Source: Chiloscyllium plagiosum
Lineage: Eukaryota
DNA: 55,613 bases
Assembly: GCF_004010195.1 (NCBI RefSeq)
Contig: NC_057720.1
Location: 9,436,466-9,492,078 of the forward strand
Direction: 5' to 3'
The position numbers and the translations under genes were made by a program. How positions within the stretch are numbered: position 1 is the first letter of the stretch; each line of letters begins with the position of its first letter. The notes below the pieces were generated by a model. It had not been told where the DNA came from. It did no database searches and worked only from the letters and a program-made list of their open reading frames with translations. Below, piece by piece: positions 48,679-55,613 of the stretch.

Positions 48679-49629
48679 TGTTTCAGTGACTGAACACAAT
48701 GTCAACTCAATAAAAAGATGAAGCATAAGTCAGTTTGCACTCTGAGGTCAGGCCTGTCTAGGTAGCACCTTCAGCTAGAATCATAACAACTACTCTATCT
48801 TCTTCATATCTTTGTGCCCACGTTGTGGTGAGGTCTAGTGCAGATTTCCAGACTGTGGCCTATTCCAGTGTGATCTACAGCTGCTATTCAAACTCAGTGA
48901 TATGCTCCTCTATGATATCCAGGGGAATAAAGTGCAACTCCATGCAGACAGTCGCTTGAGGCTGGGATTGAACCCGAGTTTCTGGCACTGTGAGGCAGCA
49001 GTGCTAACCTAATATTATTCTGCAGAACCGTCTCATGCCAGAATTAAACTCATTCAATATAACACAAAATGACCTTGCCTCGAGGTATGAAAACCCAACA
49101 TGCAAACGGTAATGTGGGTCATCCTATTCAGTTGTCTGATGAGTCCTCATATCAATCTTTTGGGTCAGAATGATTCAATTAAGCTGCAGAGTGCTTGTAT
49201 ACACCCACCATTGAAGCTCATTCAGGATTACCTGATGTGTCAGATTAATGTTGATTTAATTCAGAAAGAAGCTATGGGCTTGGAGCCAACCTAATGATAC
49301 ACAGTGCAATGCAAGTAAATGGGAATGTTCATGAGATAAGGAGATTCATTTGTAATTAAGTGACAGCTTAGGTGACTTTGACACATTCATGTAAATAATG
49401 CCAAGATGATATTGAGTGGTGGAGCATTAAAATACAGAATTATTGAATCACAGAGTTGTTACTGGGCTAAAGGAAGCCATTGAGCCCATCGTTTCCAAGT
49501 CAGTTCTATGTTAGAGTCTTAAGGGTATCCCAGAAGAACTTCCTCCATCCACCTGAGGCTTACCTGCCGTTTCGAAGCTGGGGCTCAAGTACCTGCTTGA
49601 AGAGTCTCGTGTTGGTCATGGGGATGATG

Positions 49630-49960
49630 TGATACCACTCAAGGCCTCACCTGCAAAGTGCAACATTCTCACAGACACCCAGGAATCAATGGCCCGAGAC
49701 TATCCAAAGCAGAGGAGGAGTATTCGGGAAGACATCGAGCACCTCGAGATTTGCCGTTGGGAGAAAGCGGAAGTCGGTAGGAAACAGCAAAAGGAACGCG
49801 CTGTCACACCAACACCTCACCCACCCCCTTCCTGTGACCACCCAGCTGCCCCAGGTGTGACAGAGTCTGTGGTAGTACCCTCGGTCTGTACAGCCACCCT
49901 GAGAGTGGAGGAGAGTCATCCTTGCCTATGAGGGACCTCTGATGATGAATGATGTTAGAG
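49630..49960 (+). mobile_element. RTE-clade LINE 3' fragment
   Basis: 'LKASPAKCNILTDTQESMARDYPKQRRSIREDIEHLE...RKQQKER' resembles the RTE/BovB C-terminus. Confidence 0.7.
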
Positions 49961-50499
49961 CAACTCAGTAGGACATCCGTGATCATGTCCATGATGCCAA
50001 AGAATTATTTCTTTCTCAAATAACTTTCCAATTTCCCTTGGAATGCCATTTATCTTCACCACACTCTCAGGCAGTGCATCCCAGATCTTAACCCCTTACT
50101 ACAAAATAATGGCTTTTCTTCATCTTGCCTCGAGTTATTGACCTTTCTGCCAACAAGCAAGTTTCTTCATATCTGCCCTGTCCAGGCCACTCATGACTTT
50201 GAATACGTTTCTGCATCTGCTTTCAATTTTCTCTTCCCAAAGGAAAACTGTTCGAGCTACTCCGACCTGGTCACCTAACCAAAATCCCTCAAACATTCTT
50301 AATAATCTTTTCCACACCCTCTGCATAAGTTCACCATAACTTCTTTATTCTTGTGTTATTTGTGCCCTCTTTTATAAATCCCAGGATCCTATCTGCCGAG
50401 GAATTGCATGTTGGACCTGCTCTGCTGCATTCAATGGTTTATGCATAGGCATCCAAAGATTACACATGTGTACAGCAGGCTTTGCAGGGGACTGTTAGA

Positions 50500-50950
50500 A
50501 TCTTGTCTGAGAAAAATATAGTTTCCAAGTGAATCATACTGTGGGATTGACTGAACATGTTAAATTGGTTTTCAGTGATACTCTTACCACAGGTATAACT
50601 CTTAACCCAGTCAGGATTATTTAACAGATGTTGTCCAAGAGCAGAATCACATGTAATGTTGTCCACTAGAATCTGAGTTTGCAAGCATTGTTTAATTGAA
50701 CACAGCCAGCCTCTTGCCTGCTATCATCAGTTAATGGTATGGTTTCTGCCCACTACTCATTAGGACGTCCTAATTTCTGCATTAGGCTAACATACGTGTC
50801 ATCACACTGGCACCACAACTCATAACCCACATTACTCACTTGTGATATTGGCAGAATGGCTTTTTGACTTGATGGCAACACCCTGATGGTGGAGAATACC
50901 ATTTTTGTCCTTATTGTGAAGCAGCAGCCTGAGACAGCTAGCTTCACTCA
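50500..50950 (-). mobile_element. PLE GIY-YIG endonuclease remnant (second lineage)
   Basis: 'SNVGYELWCQCDDTYV' and 'SALGQHLLNNP...F'. Confidence 0.7.
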
Positions 50951-51317
50951 TTGCTTAACTCCATTTCATGGCCAAATGAAGTAAAACACGCAAACAACAA
51001 GAGTCTAGCTGGCCTAGACCCTTAGATGAGTTTCTGTGGTGTACATATAGCAATGATTTAATCAGTGTAGCCATTTCTGTGCAAGATAGATTTGATCCAT
51101 CCTATCTGTGCATCAAGCTTAAATAGTGAGCAGATGGTATGTGTGCAATTAATGTTGACAAGACTGGTCTTGTCACACCTGGAACTATAGGAGTCCAATG
51201 CACTGTGAGGTTGAACAGAGTAGGCCTGTATTTGCTAGTATTGGAAGAGTAAGAGGCAGCTTGACTGAAACATATAAGATCCTGAAAGGTCTTGACAGGG
51301 TGGACATGGAGAAGAAG

Positions 51318-52140
51318 GATGCCCTCAGTCACATTCCCCCCATCTCCTGCACTTCTGTCCTCAAACCCCCTCCCCACAACAACAATAAGGATAGAGTCCC
51401 CTTAGTCCTCACGTAACACCCCATCAACCTCCAAATCCAACGCATCATCCTCCGACAGTTCTGCCAACTACAATCGGATCCCATGTCCAAAAAGATATTT
51501 CCTTCCCCACCCTTTCATCAGGGTCTGTTCATTCCGTGACTCCCTCATCAACTCCACACTCCCCACAAACTTCTCCCCCACACCTTTCCCTGCAACTGTA
51601 AGAGGTGCAACACTTGTCCCCACACCTCCCCTCTCACCTCTATCCAAGGCCCCAAACAATCCTTCCAGATCTGTCAGAGATTCAACTACACTTCATCCAA
51701 CCTGATCTATTGTATCTGTTGCTCTCAATGTGGTCTCCTCTATATTGAGGTGACCAAACGCAGACTCGAGGACAGATTTGGAGAGCATCTGCATTCTGTA
51801 TTCACCAACCAAACCGCTCTTCCATTTTAATTTCCCTCCCACCCGGTGGTGTGTCCATCCTTGGCCTCCTCCGCTGTCAGAGTGAGACCAAATGGAAACT
51901 GGAGGAACAACATCTGATATTTCCCCTTGGGAGCTAAGAGTCCAATGGCCTCAAAATCAACTTCACCAGTTTCAAAATCCCTCCTCCCCCAGCCTTATTC
52001 CATATCTATCTCTCCCCCTCCTCCTCGCCTCCTTGACCTGACCTAACCTGTCTATCTTCCTACTCACCTATCCGTTCCACCCTTACCACTGACCAACCAC
52101 TATTACCCACAACCTGCATCCACCTATCACCATCCCACCT
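51318..52140 (+). mobile_element. Neptune-type PLE ORF C-terminus (Cys linker plus GIY-YIG) and 3' region
   Basis: 'RVPLVLT*HP', 'FPCNCKRCNTC', 'SSNLIYCICCSQCGLLYIEVTKRRLEDRFGEHL', 'LEEQHLIF'. Confidence 0.85.
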
Positions 52141-52549
52141 ACTCCATTCTGGAAAACGTTGTAGCGGAGACTTTGACAATATTTAAGGTAGAAGTAGATA
52201 GATTATTGATAAGTAATGGGGTGAAAGGTCACCAGGAGTATGCAGGAATGAGGATTTGATATTGCAATAAGATTAGCCATGATCTTCTTCAATGACAGCA
52301 GGCTCGAGGGGCTAAATGGCCTACTCCTTGTTCATACTTTTGCATATATTGATCAGTAAGCATAGGCTTGTGGCCACTAACCTAGAAACCCCCTCAGCAT
52401 ATTTCTCAAGTAGATTAATGAAGAAAGGAAGCTAGTTTGGCAACTTTGTTCAAAGGTAAATTTGAAGACACCATGAAATCTAAGTCTTAAGGTATGTGAT
52501 TAACACATTCTGAAGAAGGGTCACTGGACCCGAAATTTTAACTCTGATT

Positions 52550-53530
52550 TAGAGTCATAGAGATGTACAGCATGGAAACAGATCCTTCAGTCCAACCCGT
52601 CCATGCTAACCAGATATTCCAACCCAATCTAGTCCCACCTGCCAGCACCCGGCCCATATCCCTCCAAACCCTTCCTTTCATATACTCATCCAAATGCCTC
52701 TTAAATGTTGCAATTGTACTAGTCTCCACCACTTCCTCTGGCAGCTCATTCCATTTGCTGCCAGACTTGCTGAGCTTTTCCAGCAACTTCTGTTCTTGGA
52801 CCTTAATGAGCACCTGCCCCACAGCTCTCTGTGATAAGGCTTTCGAAAAACTTGCAACTCTCTCAGAGAAGAAATCTTGTTTGAAATTAGCACCCCTTTA
52901 TTCTGAAACTAAGCTGTCTGGTCTTAGACTCTCCTACGAGGGGAAACATCCTTGCAGTATTGACCCTGTCAAATCTCTTAAGAATCCACTATGTTTAAAT
53001 AAGATCCCCTCTCATTCTTCAAAATTCCAATGAGTTTAACCTGTCTAACCTTTGCTCATAAAACAGTCCCTCAATCCCAGGGATCATCCTAACCAACCTT
53101 CTCTGAACTGCCTCAAATGAAAAGATCTTTTCTTCAATAAGGGGATGAAACCCGCTCAGAGTACTCCAGGTGTGGTCTCACCAGCACCTTGTACAGTTTC
53201 AATAAGACTTCCCTGCTCTTATACTCCAACCGCCTTGAAATTAGCGTTCCTGATTATCTGCTGCACCTGTGTGCTAGCTTTCTGCGTTCTGTACACAAGT
53301 ACTTCAAGTTCCTCTGTGCTGCAGTTTTCTGGGCAAAATTTAAATGTTCTTCCATTCTATCATCCGAATGAAACAACTTTGCTTTTTCCCACATTATGCT
53401 CCACCTGCCAACTTTGTGCCCACTTACTTAACCTCTCAATATCTCTCTGCAAAACTGTATCCTCCTTACAACCTGCCTTGCCACTTATTTTTATGTCATC
53501 AGTAAATTTGGCTACAGTACATTCTATTCA
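52550..53530 (-). mobile_element. Young CR1 3' end (52550-52755) and older CR1 fragment
   Basis: 'WNELPEEVVE...FKRHLD' and degenerate ORF2 motifs. Confidence 0.75.
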
Positions 53531-53572
53531 TCTCTGGATGTAGGTTTTCTTGCTGAGCTGAAAGGTTCGTTT

Positions 53573-53612
53573 TCAGACGTTTTGTCACCATACTAGGTAA
53601 CATCTTCAGTGA
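53573..53612 (-). ncRNA. Minimal hammerhead motif (family F-related), G12 mutated to A
   Basis: Reverse complement uca-CUGAAGA-u-GUUACC/uaguau/GGUGAC-AAAA-CGUC-uga. Confidence 0.6.
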
Positions 53613-53924
53613 GCCACCGAATGAAACACTGGTGGTGTTTCTATTTATGTGTTTGGGTTTCCTTGGGCATTTATTCTATTCATCTGTGCATTCAGTGCAT
53701 CTGCTGCTCTGACCCCTCATCTGCCTCTATTTCAATTCAGAAGAAGAGCCATACCAGACTCAAATGCCAACTGTGTTTCTCTCTTCACAGATGCTACCAG
53801 ACTTGCTGAGTTTCCCCAGCGCTCTCCATGTCTGGTCCAGCCAACTGCGGTAAGTACATTGTGTGTCCAGCTATCTCTGACATAGCCCATGGGGTTGCCC
53901 ATTTGGGAAGCGTGTTTTGTTTTC

Positions 53925-54410
53925 ATTTGATTCTTGAGATGAGGGTATCCCTGGCTGTGTCAGGATGTAATGCCCATCCATGCCAGAGGGCAGTTAAGAG
54001 TCAACCACTTCACTGTGGGCTCTGGAGTCATATGGAGGCCAGACCAGGTAAGGGTGGCAGTTTCCTTCTCTAAAGGACATCAGTGAACTTTAACAATCAG
54101 CAATGGTTTCATGTTCATCATTAAACTCTTATTTCCAGATTATTGTTGAATTCAAATTCCACCATCTGCTGTAGCAGGATTCGAACCTGGGTCCCCCGAA
54201 CAGTAGGAGGAAGTGTGGACTGCTGATGCTGGAGATTAGAGTCGAGAGTGTGGTGCTGGAAAAGCACAGCAGGTCAGGCAGCATCTGAGGATCAGGCAGA
54301 ATCGATGTTTCAGACCTGATGAAGGGCTTCTGCCCGAAACGTCGATTTTCCTGCTGCCCAGAACATTACCTGGGTCTCCAGATTAATAATGTCGCGCCAA
54401 TGCCACTGCC
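53925..54410 (-). mobile_element. SINE of the 10315 family with a fold-back element inserted (about 54203-54358)
   Basis: The SINE continues across the insertion. Flanks 'ccccgaaca' / 'cccagaaca'. Confidence 0.75.
54316..54343 (+). ncRNA. Minimal hammerhead core (family A), intact
   Basis: CUGAUGA-a-GGGC/UUCU/GCCC-GAAA-CGUC. Confidence 0.7.
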
Positions 54411-55200
54411 TTGTTCATATGGGTGCATGTCAGAAGGCCCTGAACTAGAACCATCATGATGTGACTTAGCCCTGTAAGATGATTTGATGCTCCGTTTGGA
54501 CATTTGCACGATCAGTATCTGATGAGTTGAACCATTCACTGAGTAGCCAATGTTCAACTGAAATGAGTTGATACCCAGCACTAGTCTTATTGAAAGGGTT
54601 GGACATGCAACTTGTAACTAACATTTTTGCAATAATGTCTGATATGGCAAAGTTTTTTGGAAATGCTGTGGAGGAATTTTAGAGATGTTGATGTGCTGAG
54701 AGAGTGAGCGTGCGAGTATAAGAAAAGAAAGAAATGCAGGAAGGAAGGGTATGTAGATATAGAAAAGCAGAGAGGAAAAGTTGCATTTAAACAGTACTTT
54801 TTAGTCAATGAGTTACTTTTGAAATGTAGTCACTGTTTAAATGTAGGAAACATGGCCGCCAATTTACATTAAAAATCCCAGAAACAGCAATGGCCAGATA
54901 ATTTGTTTCTTCCTGATTTGGATCGAAGGATAAATATTGTCAAGGCCATCCATCTTCTTCGACTTGACCAAATCATAACTTAGAGCTATATTGCAGATGC
55001 TTTCGTTGTTACTGGGCTAAAATCTTGAAACTTCCTCCCTAAAAGTAATATGGGAACACCACATGGGCTGAGCTGTCTAACCAGCAGGCTCAACACCACC
55101 TTCTAAATAGTGATAAAAGATGAGCAATAAACACAAGTCTTGCCAAAGACACCCACACTCTGAGAATAAGCAATAAAAATAACCCAACTTCACATCAAAC

Positions 55201-55436
55201 CTAATTGCTTTGAAGTCACTGAGCGATGTTCAAATATTTATCCAACAAACTGTCCATTAAACAAGCCTGCCTTCCATCCATTGACGAGGAGAAAGTGAGG
55301 TCTGCAGATGCTGGAGATCTAATTGCTTTGAAGTCACTGAGCGATGTTCAAATATTTATCCAACAAACTGTCCATTAAACAAGCCTGCCTTCCATCCATT
55401 GACGAGGAGAAAGTGAGGTCTGCAGATGCTGGAGAT
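55201..55436. repeat. Perfect 118-bp tandem duplication
   Basis: 55201-55318 equals 55319-55436. Confidence 0.9.
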
Positions 55437-55613
55437 CAGAGCTGAAAATGTGTTGCTGGAAAAGCGCAACAGGTCAGGCAGCATCCAGGGAACAGGAGAA
55501 TCGACGTTTCGGGCATAAGCCCTTCTTCAGGAATGAGGAGAGTGTGTCCAGCAGGCTAAGATAAAAGGTAGGGAGGAGGGACTTGGGGGAGGGGCGTTGG
55601 AAATGCGATAGGT
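55407..55613 (-). mobile_element. Penelope-like pseudo-LTR with hammerhead core at 55503-55530 (truncated by window end)
   Basis: Reverse complement nearly matches 30-198. Confidence 0.85.

Noticed and set aside
1..55613. Inverted repeats at both window ends suggesting one giant element or a linear replicon
   Set aside because: Both ends are copies of a high-copy PLE terminus also present internally. Assembly breaks in repeats explain it.

Overview
This is eukaryotic, repeat-dominated vertebrate DNA, almost certainly shark (elasmobranch). The evidence is abundant HE1-like V-SINEs and CR1/HER1-like LINE fragments that share their 3' tails. There are two N gaps (2008-2507, 39516-39936). I found no prokaryotic genes, CRISPR arrays or rRNA, and almost all listed ORFs are decayed transposon fragments or chance ORFs. 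Main structures: (1) a full-length decayed Gypsy LTR retrotransposon at 36664-46584 with the Gmr1-type order gag(SCAN-like capsid, 2xCCHC)-PR-IN-RT-RH, whose tRNA-Pro primer-binding site is split by a CR1 insertion; (2) many Penelope-like (PLE) fragments and short fold-back PLE derivatives that carry minimal hammerhead-ribozyme cores from at least five sequence families with covarying stems; (3) a decayed local array at 30.8-36.3 kb with a tRNA-Trp pseudogene and several co-oriented ~110-bp tRNA-like modules; (4) a tentative, unidentified multi-exon gene on the minus strand (seven small phase-compatible exons, 24963 to 3425); (5) a solo LTR, Rex1 and RTE fragments, and minisatellites. All family assignments come from motif recognition by eye, and boundaries of old repeats are approximate.
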